A DNA stretch of 64,000 nucleotides, from positions 8,509 to 72,508 of the forward strand of contig JAEWHR010000072.1 of assembly GCA_023387655.1 (NCBI GenBank), written 5' to 3'. Position numbers and translations under genes: made by a program. This stretch comes from Bacillota bacterium. GTDB lineage: Bacteria > Bacillota > Clostridia > Lachnospirales > Lachnospiraceae. Of this stretch, positions 49,846 through 59,617 are shown one piece after another (position 1 is the stretch's first letter; each line of letters begins with the position of its first letter). A model generated the notes under the pieces. It was not told the DNA's origin, did not search any database, and worked only from the letters and a program-made list of their open reading frames with translations.

Positions 49846-52008
49846 TTAAATCTTGAAAATATTTAAAGCATGATCTAATTCAACCGTTAATTTGCTAAGA
49901 TTACCAGTTAATTCATTTAACTTCTGTACCGCCTCTACTTGACGTGTAGCAGCACTATCCACTTCTTCTGACGCTGCAGCGGTTTCTTCTGAAACTGCAG
50001 AGATACTCTCAATCGCTGATAACGTAGTGGACTCTGCTTTACTTATGTTATCAATCCCCTCTACAATGCTTGATAATCTATCCGCCATAAATTCTACGGA
50101 CTGATTGATGTTAGAAAATACTTGTATTGTTTTATCCATAGCATCTGCTTGTGATTCTACGATATTTTCTGCTTTCTTCACAGTCACCACAGTGTTTTTT
50201 GTTTGTAATTGTATGTTATGAATGATGGTTTCTATTTCTTTTACTGCATTAACCGATTGTTCTGCTAGTTTTCTAATTTCATCGGCAACTACTGCAAACC
50301 CTCTTCCAGCATCACCAGCACGCGCAGCTTCAATGGAAGCATTCAGAGATAATAAATTTGTTTGGCTAGCAATATCATTAATTACAGCAATAATTTTTCC
50401 GATGGAATCTGCTTCTTTTTCTAATTTTATTATATCTGTGATTACAGTTTTTGTAATACTTGTTGTTTGTTCTGCTTTTTCATTTAATAGATTCATAGAA
50501 TCAATTCCATCTACCACTATTGCCTTTGAGTGTTTTGCACTCTCTCCAATTGCGTTGGTATTGTCCGCAACATTGGTAACTTTCTCGGATAGTTCATCCG
50601 ATTGCTTTAAACATTGTTCAGAATCTTCCGCTTGTTGAACGATACCTTTTCTTATTTCATCGATGGAGCTAGATATATTTTGCGTTGAGGTTAAGAGATC
50701 CTTGGTCGTTTGTGATACCTCTTCTGTTGCATTATGTACAGCATCTTTTACTGAGGATGCCTTATTAATTAATAACCTCATATTATGTATCATATCATTG
50801 GCACTGGTTGCCAAGATCTTAAACTCATCTTTTCTCTTACACTCAATGGAAACAGTTAAATCACCTTCTGCTGCTTTTCTAAGCTGATTTGTCATACGAT
50901 ATATCGTACTTCCAATTCCAGTTGATAAGATGGTCGCTGCGGCAATAGCGGCAACAAGAGCGATTATTACTAATACGATGGTTGACATCATAATCCCACT
51001 TGCTTGAGACGTTAAAAAAGAATACGGTACTAGACCGCATAGTGTCATTCCAGAATCTCCTATCTTTTCTGAAACGAAAAGATATTTTTCTCCATCAATT
51101 ACTGGATAACTGACCAAGGTATTATCATCACTCTTTTCTTGATTCTCAAGAAAGCTTTGATTGATAAAAACAGATTCTTCACTATTCTTAGTTGTTACTT
51201 CGTAACCATCCGATGTGATTATCCCAAAAATACTATCTTCGCCTAACTCCATCTGATTTAAGCGTTCTATAATAACATCATAATTAATGTCTGCAATTAC
51301 GTAACCAATGTGAGTAAAACTAGCGTCGTAATAGGCAGAGGAAATAGAAAAAGCATAGGAATTATTTGTTGTATTATTTTTTAAAACGACGTTTTCATCA
51401 AAGAAGTTATGCCTTCCACTCCAGAGAAAACCTCCTTTAGCATTCGCTATCTTCATTCCTTCTTCTGTATCTTTAAATGCTGTAAATAATTCAACACCAT
51501 TTTTAGAAAAACTACCTGTTGTACAGATTGGTGTTCCATTTATTCCAAATATCGCTAGATTTTTTATGAGATTATCGGAATAAGCTGTGGATTGCAAATA
51601 CTCTTTTAAATCCTTATAAGTTTGTAATTCCTTCGCTTTATCCTGTGCATATTTACCACCATAATAATTTGCAATTTCATTATATTCTTTTAATTGCTTT
51701 AGTCTAAGCTCAATTGCCTGAAAGGCTAAACCATAATAATTACTTGTTGCTTCTAAGGTTGTAATTAAGGAAGATTCATAACTTTTAACTAAAGCACTGG
51801 AGGCATTTTGATACGAAGTAACACCTAATATCGTAATTAAAATAGTCGGAATAAAGAAAGCAAAAACTAATTGAAATCGTATGCCAAATACTCTTTCTTT
51901 CCACGACTTCTTTCTACTCTCTTTTATATATGCTTTATGCTCCTTATTCTCCTTTTGTTTAAAGAACCATTTCTTTTTCAATCTGTTTTTCAGGGCCTGC
52001 TTTTTCAT
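49846..52008 (-). CDS. Methyl-accepting chemotaxis protein (dCache-type)
   Basis: [37 protein letters not shown]; two TM; start 52008 by RBS. Confidence 0.96.
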   Translation of the reverse strand: MKKQALKNRLKKKWFFKQKENKEHKAYIKESRKKSWKERVFGIRFQLVFAFFIPTILITILGVTSYQNASSALVKSYESSLITTLEATSNYYGLAFQAIELRLKQLKEYNEIANYYGGKYAQDKAKELQTYKDLKEYLQSTAYSDNLIKNLAIFGINGTPICTTGSFSKNGVELFTAFKDTEEGMKIANAKGGFLWSGRHNFFDENVVLKNNTTNNSYAFSISSAYYDASFTHIGYVIADINYDVIIERLNQMELGEDSIFGIITSDGYEVTTKNSEESVFINQSFLENQEKSDDNTLVSYPVIDGEKYLFVSEKIGDSGMTLCGLVPYSFLTSQASGIMMSTIVLVIIALVAAIAAATILSTGIGSTIYRMTNQLRKAAEGDLTVSIECKRKDEFKILATSANDMIHNMRLLINKASSVKDAVHNATEEVSQTTKDLLTSTQNISSSIDEIRKGIVQQAEDSEQCLKQSDELSEKVTNVADNTNAIGESAKHSKAIVVDGIDSMNLLNEKAEQTTSITKTVITDIIKLEKEADSIGKIIAVINDIASQTNLLSLNASIEAARAGDAGRGFAVVADEIRKLAEQSVNAVKEIETIIHNIQLQTKNTVVTVKKAENIVESQADAMDKTIQVFSNINQSVEFMADRLSSIVEGIDNISKAESTTLSAIESISAVSEETAAASEEVDSAATRQVEAVQKLNELTGNLSKLTVELDHALNIFKI

Positions 52009-52258
52009 TTGCTCCTCCAATCATAGGAATATATTGTATGATATAATTATACATGTTTTTATTATCTTATCAATATATTTTTGATATGTTTTATTAAATA
52101 ATCTTGTTATATACTATAAATATACTCATTTGTTACTATAAAGTTAATATATTTTCATCTTTTTTAGTAAGTGTTAATTTTGTGTTCGTGTAACTTATAT
52201 TTGTATAGGATAGCATGACTGACTTTACAAGAGTTTTAATATAAAAAAAGAAGCAATA

Positions 52259-52290
52259 AAAAAGGAGAGTCCTATGCAAACTCTCCTTTT
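52259..52290 (-). terminator. Terminator after the GT2 pair
   Basis: AAAAGGAGAG-TCCTATGCAAA-CTCTCCTTTT. Confidence 0.75.
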
Positions 52291-52404
52291 CCTAAATATA
52301 AACAAGTAAATTCATTTCCTATTAAACAAATAATTCTTTTACTAACTAAACAAATAAATAAATAAAATATAATCTATTTCCTGTTTAACAACAAATTATC
52401 TTTT

Positions 52405-53343
52405 TTATAATATCAACATTAATCCGCAGTTCCTAATAATTCCGCTCTTTAGATATCCTTGGCTAATTGCTATATAACGTCTCTTTATAAAGTTAGCACT
52501 AAACATTTTTAGGTATCCTTCCACGATGGATTTTTGATGTCTTTGCAAATCTTCATGGAAAAAATGTAAAAATTCCTCTGCCTGGTCTCGATTCTTAGTT
52601 AGTGTTACCTTTTGGTCTTTGATTGCCATGAAACGTTTATGAACATACGAGGAAAAACTAATACTACCAACTACATTCGAGGAATGTTGCCTATAATCAA
52701 TCGTAGCTTTTGGTAAAAAGCTAATATGACCAAACGCCGAAGCAATTAATGCTAACCACCAATCATGATATCTTGCGGCATTTGGTATATGAGTAAGATA
52801 GTATTCAAACGATCGATTAATCATTATCGTACATCCAATGCATTTGTTTTCCATTAAAAGATGTGCTAAATCAACTTTATTGGAATTAAAGTGTTGTGTC
52901 TTAATAAATGATTCCGATATCTCATTCAAATTTTCATCTGCAATTACAGCATCAGTGAATACTAACAGCGGTCGGTCATCACCATATCGTTTTTCCATCT
53001 GCTCCATACGTTTTAATGTTTTACTCACCTTATCTGCATGCCATACATCATCCTGATCGCAGCACATAAAGTATTTTGCATCTGTAAAACGTTCCATTAC
53101 CGTTTTTATTCCATGCAGGAAATTCTTTGTAACACCTAGATTGCGATGATTTTTATAAAGATGCAAATGGTTCTGATAATGATGTTTATATTCCGTTAAT
53201 ATCTGTATGGTCTCATCCGAAGATCCATCATCAAATACATGTAATACAACATTTTGATGATTGCATGTAAAGATAGAATCTATTTGCTCTCTTAAAAATC
53301 TTTCACCATTATAGGTACTCATTATGATATCTACCCTGCTCAT
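52405..53343 (-). CDS. GT2 glycosyltransferase (RgpB-like rhamnosyltransferase)
   Basis: MSTYNGE, DDGSSD, CDQDDVW, GCT, HDWW, YRQH. Confidence 0.92.
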   Translation of the reverse strand: MSRVDIIMSTYNGERFLREQIDSIFTCNHQNVVLHVFDDGSSDETIQILTEYKHHYQNHLHLYKNHRNLGVTKNFLHGIKTVMERFTDAKYFMCCDQDDVWHADKVSKTLKRMEQMEKRYGDDRPLLVFTDAVIADENLNEISESFIKTQHFNSNKVDLAHLLMENKCIGCTIMINRSFEYYLTHIPNAARYHDWWLALIASAFGHISFLPKATIDYRQHSSNVVGSISFSSYVHKRFMAIKDQKVTLTKNRDQAEEFLHFFHEDLQRHQKSIVEGYLKMFSANFIKRRYIAISQGYLKSGIIRNCGLMLIL

Positions 53344-53344
53344 A

Positions 53345-54313
53345 TTACCTCCAATACGACTTATTCATACTAAGCCATATTTTTAATGGCTGTGGCAATA
53401 ATCGATGTTTCTTTCCAAGAAGATAACCCAAGTATTTAAATCCACTTTCCAGTATAAAATCGACCAATTCTATATATTCTCTTTGATTTATCAAATAACT
53501 CAAAGTTTGCTTTACTAACTTTGTACCTTCTTTTTCTGAGGAGATATTTTTAAATATTGATTGATACTCCTCTTGAGAAACCCCTAAATCAAAGTTTCTA
53601 CGAAGTTGTTGCATATACGAATAGTGGTGACTGTGAACTACCGCTGCTTTACTCGCATAATAGACTTTATAGCCCGCTTTAATTACTCCTGCTGCATAAA
53701 TCATGTCTTCGTTAAATATTGTTCTTGCAACAAATCCACCAAGATCTTCATAAACTGATTTACGGTATGCTGCACATACATTGGAACAGAAATAAGTTTT
53801 AATTCCGAGATGATTCAAATCCTCTTTTGATTTCAATTTATCTGTAGATGGATAATTAAATATTCTTGTATACTTTTCAACCAAAGTTGCATTCTGCGCT
53901 GCTTCCTGTCTGCCATAAGAGATTGCTACATCCTCCATCCTAAATGGCTCCATTAAATTTTCTAATAAATACTCATTTTTAGGAATCGCATCCTGCGTCA
54001 TAAACACCATATATTCAGAATTTGAGAGGCTAGCACCATAAGCTCTTGTTCCACCATGATCAAACTCAGATTGTTCAATGGATATTATATGGATATTCAC
54101 AGATTCACTTCCTGCAATTTTTATAGAAGAAACCAAGCCATCAACTCTTTGTTTGATAACCTCTGTTGCATAATCTGGTAATACCTCTGTGTTAAGAAGC
54201 CATATATTCTTAGGCTTTGTTGTTTGTTTTAATAACTGGATTAATAGCTTATCAAACTTCTTGTCCGGTCGAAACAGCGGTATTATAACATCCAGATTTT
54301 TATTTTGGTTCAT
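53345..54313 (-). CDS. GT2 glycosyltransferase (rhamnosyltransferase-like)
   Basis: FDHGGTR, MTQDA, FCSNVCAAY, FNEDM, VVHSHHY. Confidence 0.9.
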   Translation of the reverse strand: MNQNKNLDVIIPLFRPDKKFDKLLIQLLKQTTKPKNIWLLNTEVLPDYATEVIKQRVDGLVSSIKIAGSESVNIHIISIEQSEFDHGGTRAYGASLSNSEYMVFMTQDAIPKNEYLLENLMEPFRMEDVAISYGRQEAAQNATLVEKYTRIFNYPSTDKLKSKEDLNHLGIKTYFCSNVCAAYRKSVYEDLGGFVARTIFNEDMIYAAGVIKAGYKVYYASKAAVVHSHHYSYMQQLRRNFDLGVSQEEYQSIFKNISSEKEGTKLVKQTLSYLINQREYIELVDFILESGFKYLGYLLGKKHRLLPQPLKIWLSMNKSYWR

Positions 54314-54494
54314 TGTTCCTCATCCCATTCCTTAGTTTATATTCATGATTATATCCAGACAGAAAATTCTCATTCTTTATTTTAAAAGAAAACAATTATG
54401 TATAATCCACCTCATTATATGATAGAACAAGGAGTCCGTCAAGAAGGACTCCCATACTGTTATCTTATCTATATCTCCCAACTGTCTTCTTATC

Positions 54495-55136
54495 TTAAAG
54501 CATCGAAACTTTACCAACTTCATTCCCATTTACTACGTAATATGCAGCATTATCTTCTGGTTTAACATAAAGGTCTAATGTATGTATAGAGCTATTTTGA
54601 TCACAATCTGCTAGGAATGCTTCTTTTGCTTTCTGAATTAAGTATTGTAACTCAATTTCATTTCCCATATATTGAAAAACAACTTTTGTATTTATATTCT
54701 CAATATTCGTCAATGTTTCTGATATGTTTTTTTTCTTTCTCCCTCGTTTCTTAGGTTGAATCATAGGTTCCAATATAGCATCTGTTCTCGTTTCAATTTC
54801 TTCATTCCCTAATTTTTCATCCTTTATTATATTGTTAGATTTTATTATATTGTCATCTTGAGCTATCGTTTCATCCTGTACTATTATTTCTTCCTTTGCT
54901 ATAGTTATATCCTGCTCTATTATTTCATCCTGTGCTATTGTTTCATCCTGTGCTATCGTTTCATTCTTAACTTCACTTTCTTTCATAGATTTCTTTCTTC
55001 TCTTTGTTAAGCTTTCTTTGGTTTCTAAATTTTCTTTCTTAGGTGCCGTTGTTCTAACCATTTTCGTACTATATGGATTATTAATATCTTTTGTTTTATC
55101 CGATTTCACTTCATTCTTATTTGCTTTCGTCTTCAT
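54495..55136 (-). CDS. DUF6465-like protein with low-complexity N-terminus
   Basis: C-terminal VFQY.G...LDLYVKPEDNAAYYVVNG motif; GAGGA RBS before 55136. Confidence 0.75.
   Translation of the reverse strand: MKTKANKNEVKSDKTKDINNPYSTKMVRTTAPKKENLETKESLTKRRKKSMKESEVKNETIAQDETIAQDEIIEQDITIAKEEIIVQDETIAQDDNIIKSNNIIKDEKLGNEEIETRTDAILEPMIQPKKRGRKKKNISETLTNIENINTKVVFQYMGNEIELQYLIQKAKEAFLADCDQNSSIHTLDLYVKPEDNAAYYVVNGNEVGKVSML
54855..54962 (-). repeat. 18-bp in-frame tandem repeat, 6 copies
   Basis: Encodes ETIAQD-ETIAQD-EIIEQD-ITIAKE-EIIVQD-ETIAQD. Confidence 0.9.
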
Positions 55137-55373
55137 ACTATCCTCGTTTCTGGCGTTATCGCCCATTTGATATTATTTGTACAACAGCACAAAGTTTTAA
55201 TTGAAACTACATAATATTTTCAACTTACTCTCCTTTTCTTAATTCGTTTCTTTCATTTTTCCTTCGCTCTTTGTTCCTAATCATATCGCAACTTACTTCA
55301 TTTCACAATATCATTTCCATATTTTTACTGTTTGACGAAAATAATAACTTTACGTATCCTTCTTTTGTTGAAA

Positions 55374-55432
55374 TCGTACAACTTCGTACAACTCGTACAA
55401 CTCGTACAACTTCGTACAAATACGTACAAATA
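55374..55432. repeat. 9-10-bp tandem repeat (CGTACAA core), 6 copies
   Basis: CGTACAA at 55375, 55385, 55394, 55403, 55413, 55423. Confidence 0.95.
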
Positions 55433-55436
55433 CCTT

Positions 55437-56390
55437 TTACAAACATTCAAGCACATAATGCCCCGGTGCTCTCTCTATCATTCTTTGTGCTTTACTCCCT
55501 TTGTCTTTGATGGAAATGAACCCATTCTTTCTTTCTTTTGATTCTTGTATTCTATTGCTTTGGTTGCCATGCATCTCACCGATTTCCCCCCACCTCTTAA
55601 TTTTCGTCGGTTCGGGCTTAGGAATGGAGGAAAGCAACATCTTAGTATATGGATGGTAAGGATTATGAAAAAGTAGATTTGTAGGTGCAATCTCAACAAT
55701 ATTTCCATGATAAAGAACCGCGATACGATCTGTGAAATAACGCATCACTGACATATCATGAGAGATAAAAAGATAAGTTAAACCACGCGTTTTTTGTAGT
55801 TTTTTCATTAAGTTTAATATCTGCGCCCTTACGGAGACATCCAGTGCTGAGATTGGCTCATCCGCCACTATAAATTGTGGGTTCATAATAAGTGCCCTCG
55901 CAATACCAATTCTCTGCCGTTGTCCACCAGAAAATTCTGTTGGGTATCGGTTTTTATATTCTGGTCTTAAGCCAACCTCAAGCATCGTCTTATCAATAAG
56001 ATTTTCTCTCTCCATTTTTGACATCATATGTTTTGTGGCTAAAAGTCCCTCACAAATAATATCTGAAACTTTTGCTCGTTCATTTAAAGAGGCCATTGGA
56101 TCTTGAAAAATCATTTGCATTTCATGACACAACTGTCTTTTATTGCCTGCTGATAATTTTTGATTAATTTTCATTCCTTTATATAGTATGTCCCCCTCTA
56201 CTGTATCAACCATACCCATGATAGCTCTTCCTATTGTAGTCTTCCCCGAACCAGACTCCCCCATAAGACCAAAAATTTCTCCTTTTCGTATCGAAAAACT
56301 TACATTCGTTACAGCCAAATTTAGTCCTCGTTTCTTTCCCTTCCCTGCATATCCAATTGATACCGAATTTAAATTAAGTAGCTCCTCCAA
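55437..56390 (-). CDS. oppF: Oligopeptide ABC transporter ATPase
   Basis: GESGSGKTT, FSGGQRQRIGIARAL, ADEPISALDVS, HPYT. Confidence 0.92.
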   Translation of the reverse strand: MEELLNLNSVSIGYAGKGKKRGLNLAVTNVSFSIRKGEIFGLMGESGSGKTTIGRAIMGMVDTVEGDILYKGMKINQKLSAGNKRQLCHEMQMIFQDPMASLNERAKVSDIICEGLLATKHMMSKMERENLIDKTMLEVGLRPEYKNRYPTEFSGGQRQRIGIARALIMNPQFIVADEPISALDVSVRAQILNLMKKLQKTRGLTYLFISHDMSVMRYFTDRIAVLYHGNIVEIAPTNLLFHNPYHPYTKMLLSSIPKPEPTKIKRWGEIGEMHGNQSNRIQESKERKNGFISIKDKGSKAQRMIERAPGHYVLECL

Positions 56391-56478
56391 GATAAAACCT
56401 CCAGCTTTGAACTCTTACAATAAGATTATTATAAAATACTTATAAGACTTCCTTGATTCCTAACATATGTACTCCTAT

Positions 56479-57579
56479 TTACCTTGGACATTCTTTAGTT
56501 GTCCTTGGGTCCCTTGTCGTTGACCTTGGATCTACTCTTTGTTCTCCTATTGTTTTTCCTAATTGATAATACTCTTTTAGTATTCTAGGTGGCTCTACTT
56601 TGGGAGCTCTTTTATCCATTAACCAGGATTTTACCTGATGTGTATCACTCACTTTATAATATGGAGGAGAACAGGTAAAATCTCGTACTAGAGCCCAAGG
56701 ATTTCTTGGTGCAAATGCATCACCTTGAATTATTTCTTGAGGATTAGGTAAAGTACCGTCAAGATAAATAATCTCTTCTCCTGGTTGATAAAGCGTTGGT
56801 TGAGAAGCCAGCAAAGACCAAGTGTAGGGGTGTCTTGCATTCCGAAAGATATCATTACTAGTTCCTACTTCTACAATTTCTCCTGCATACATAACCGCAA
56901 CACGATTAGCAACTTTACCAACAACCCCAAAATCATGCGTAATATAGACAACCGTTAGTTGATATTTCTGCTGCAAATCATTCAATAGATTGAGAACTTG
57001 CTCTTGAATTGTGGCATCTAAAGCAGTTGTTGGTTCATCGCACAATAATATCTTAGGTTTACAAGCAAGCGCAATGGCTATCACAACTCTCTGTCTCATA
57101 CCTCCAGAGCACTCATGTGGATAGTAATGTCTTGTGTTTATCGGATCATGAATTCCTACTTCCGTAAGAAGCCTGATGACTTCCTCTTTTCGCTTTCTTT
57201 TGCTTCGTGGTTGATGAATGGAGATTGCTTCCTCAATCTGATCTCCTATTGTTATTAAAGGATTTAGACTTGTCATAGGGTCTTGTAAAATCATTGCAAT
57301 CTCATTCCCTCTAATCCTTTGAAACTCTTTTTCGGATTGAAAAGTGGTAAGATTGGTTCCCCGATACAAAATACTACCTGACACGATCTTTGCATTCTGT
57401 TCCAATAATCCAAGGATAGACTTTAATAATACTGATTTTCCACAACCAGATTCTCCTACAATCACTAGGCTTTCTCCTTTGATAACCTTAAGGCTTATAC
57501 CACGTAACACATGAAGTACTGCATTTCTTACAGTAAAATCTACGGTTAGATTTTCTATTACTAAGATATTTTCTGACAT
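56479..57579 (-). CDS. oppD: Oligopeptide ABC transporter ATPase
   Basis: GESGCGKS, SGGMRQR, DEPTTALD, HPYTWSLL, GDAFAPRN. Confidence 0.93.
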   Translation of the reverse strand: MSENILVIENLTVDFTVRNAVLHVLRGISLKVIKGESLVIVGESGCGKSVLLKSILGLLEQNAKIVSGSILYRGTNLTTFQSEKEFQRIRGNEIAMILQDPMTSLNPLITIGDQIEEAISIHQPRSKRKRKEEVIRLLTEVGIHDPINTRHYYPHECSGGMRQRVVIAIALACKPKILLCDEPTTALDATIQEQVLNLLNDLQQKYQLTVVYITHDFGVVGKVANRVAVMYAGEIVEVGTSNDIFRNARHPYTWSLLASQPTLYQPGEEIIYLDGTLPNPQEIIQGDAFAPRNPWALVRDFTCSPPYYKVSDTHQVKSWLMDKRAPKVEPPRILKEYYQLGKTIGEQRVDPRSTTRDPRTTKECPR

Positions 57580-57587
57580 AAGCTCTC

Positions 57588-58565
57588 CTATCTATGATTT
57601 TTTGGATCCGCTGCATCCGCAAAAGCATTTCCAAGTAAATAAAAAGAAATTGTAATAATTGAAACAATCATCGTAGGAAATAAAAGCTGATATCTAAGTC
57701 CTGGCATCATTAGTTTTGCTCTTCCAGCTTGGATCAGATTTCCTAGGCTTGGAATATTTAATGGTAGACCTAATCCAAGATAAGTGATAAAAACTTCACT
57801 TCCTATTACTGACGGAATTGATAACGCTACTCTCATAAGAATAATAGAAATTAGGTATGGCATACAGTTCTTCCGTAATATCCTTAAGGTGCTTGTTCCA
57901 AGCATTCTTGAAGCAATATTAAATTCCTTATCTCTAATAAGTATCATCTGATTTCTAATAAATCGTGCCATTTGAATCCAGCCGGTTGCACTAAGAGAAA
58001 GAATTAATGTTGGTATTCCTGGTCTTACTATGTAAGAAATTAAAATAAGTACAATTGTAGAAGGGATATTATCAAGTAAATTATAAATTTCAGTAAAAAT
58101 TGAATCAAGCTTTCTCACATATCCCCAAAGTAACCCGCTTACGGTTCCTAGGATTGCTTCCATAAAGGATACTGTTATTCCAAGGAACAAGGAAGTTCTA
58201 GCACCTGCCCAGGTTCTACTCCATAAGTCTTGCCCAATTGAATTTGTACCAAACCAAAAGTCTTTATTCGGTGTCTGATTTCTTATTTGCTGCCCTGTTT
58301 TTCTGCTATTATAAATTAAGTTTGGATCTTTTTGTCCAGGCAAATAAGGTTGTAGAATAGTAAATAAAATCAAAAATAAAAGAACAAACAATAAAAACAT
58401 AGCAAACCTATTTTTTGCAAAGGTTTTTACTGTTGCCATCCAGTAAGTATCTTCTTTTCCATCCCGTATCTTCTTCTCTTCAACTTTTTGATTTGCAAAA
58501 TTAAAAGATTTTTGCTCTGATACAATATTAGCCCACTCCTTCGTTTTTTGTTCCCGCCATGTCAT
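57588..58565 (-). CDS. oppC: Oligopeptide ABC permease (AmiD-like)
   Basis: WFGTNSIGQDLWSR, EFNIASRMLG, GNAFADAADPKNH. Confidence 0.93.
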   Translation of the reverse strand: MTWREQKTKEWANIVSEQKSFNFANQKVEEKKIRDGKEDTYWMATVKTFAKNRFAMFLLFVLLFLILFTILQPYLPGQKDPNLIYNSRKTGQQIRNQTPNKDFWFGTNSIGQDLWSRTWAGARTSLFLGITVSFMEAILGTVSGLLWGYVRKLDSIFTEIYNLLDNIPSTIVLILISYIVRPGIPTLILSLSATGWIQMARFIRNQMILIRDKEFNIASRMLGTSTLRILRKNCMPYLISIILMRVALSIPSVIGSEVFITYLGLGLPLNIPSLGNLIQAGRAKLMMPGLRYQLLFPTMIVSIITISFYLLGNAFADAADPKNHR

Positions 58566-59492
58566 CTAGACACCTCCCTTGGACGTTAATTTCACTCTAG
58601 GGTCAATCAGACAAAGTAGGATATCTCCTAATAACACCCCTAATATACCTGTCGCTGCAAATAATATAACGATTGCTTGCACCATGGTATTATCTTGTTT
58701 TTGAATCACCTGTACAAGCAATCCCCCCATTCCCGGTATACTATACAATGACTCAACATAGATTGATCCAATCATTGTATTTAAGATTGAATTTGGTAGA
58801 TAATGAATCATGGGTACAATTGCATTCTTTAACATATGCTTCTTTAAGATTCGTTGTGAGGAAACACCTTTTATTTTAGCTAGAATAACATAACCTTTAT
58901 TTTCTTCCTCTATGAGATATCTTCTAAGCCACGTTGTATAAAATGCTATATTTCCAAGAGACATAGAAACAATCGGTAGAATCCATGTTGTCATATCATT
59001 TGCCTGATAGAGCATCTTTATATGAAGTTTTTCTGTTCCAAACGCCTGTATTAACAATAGGTAAACTGCGGAAGGAACCGCCTGTAAGATAACTAGAAAA
59101 AGCGTACCAAGTCGATCAACTAACTTTCCCTTATGGGAAGCCATCGCCAAGCTAAGGGGTATGGAAATAAATAATGACAAACATAAGGAGCTTAATCCAA
59201 ATATCATAGAGATCGGTATTTTTTGTCTTAGAATATCTGTTACTAAAACATTTGCCATATAGGTTCTAGAATAACCAAAGTCTCCTTGGAAGGCAGCTTT
59301 CACATAACGAATGAATTGCACCGGTATAGGATCACGCAACCCCATATTCTTAAGTCCTGCTTCAATCTGTTCTAACGTTAATTTCTCATAATTCGGGAAA
59401 TAGCCCTCAATTGGCATCAGTCGAAGAAGAGAAAAGACAATAAAAGCTATAAGGACTAAGGTTAACATTGAGCGGATGAATCGGCGTAACAT
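58566..59492 (-). CDS. oppB: Oligopeptide ABC permease
   Basis: GDFGYS, YVILAKIKG, HMLKNA, GSIYVESLYSIPGMG, IDPRV. Confidence 0.93.
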   Translation of the reverse strand: MLRRFIRSMLTLVLIAFIVFSLLRLMPIEGYFPNYEKLTLEQIEAGLKNMGLRDPIPVQFIRYVKAAFQGDFGYSRTYMANVLVTDILRQKIPISMIFGLSSLCLSLFISIPLSLAMASHKGKLVDRLGTLFLVILQAVPSAVYLLLIQAFGTEKLHIKMLYQANDMTTWILPIVSMSLGNIAFYTTWLRRYLIEEENKGYVILAKIKGVSSQRILKKHMLKNAIVPMIHYLPNSILNTMIGSIYVESLYSIPGMGGLLVQVIQKQDNTMVQAIVILFAATGILGVLLGDILLCLIDPRVKLTSKGGV

Positions 59493-59617
59493 ATAATTTG
59501 CTATAGTTTCACTCCTTTCCTAACCTTACTTAACTTCCAATGCTTTTATATATAGGAACATTCTTTAGACACCGAATCTCTCTTATGATTTTGGTGTATA
59601 GAAATATTCATTCAGAC

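Noticed and set aside
55197..55235. AAGGAG RBS followed by an 8-codon TTG mini-ORF (MKILCSFN) upstream of the DUF6465-like gene
   Set aside because: Too short to support without conservation or ribosome-profiling data
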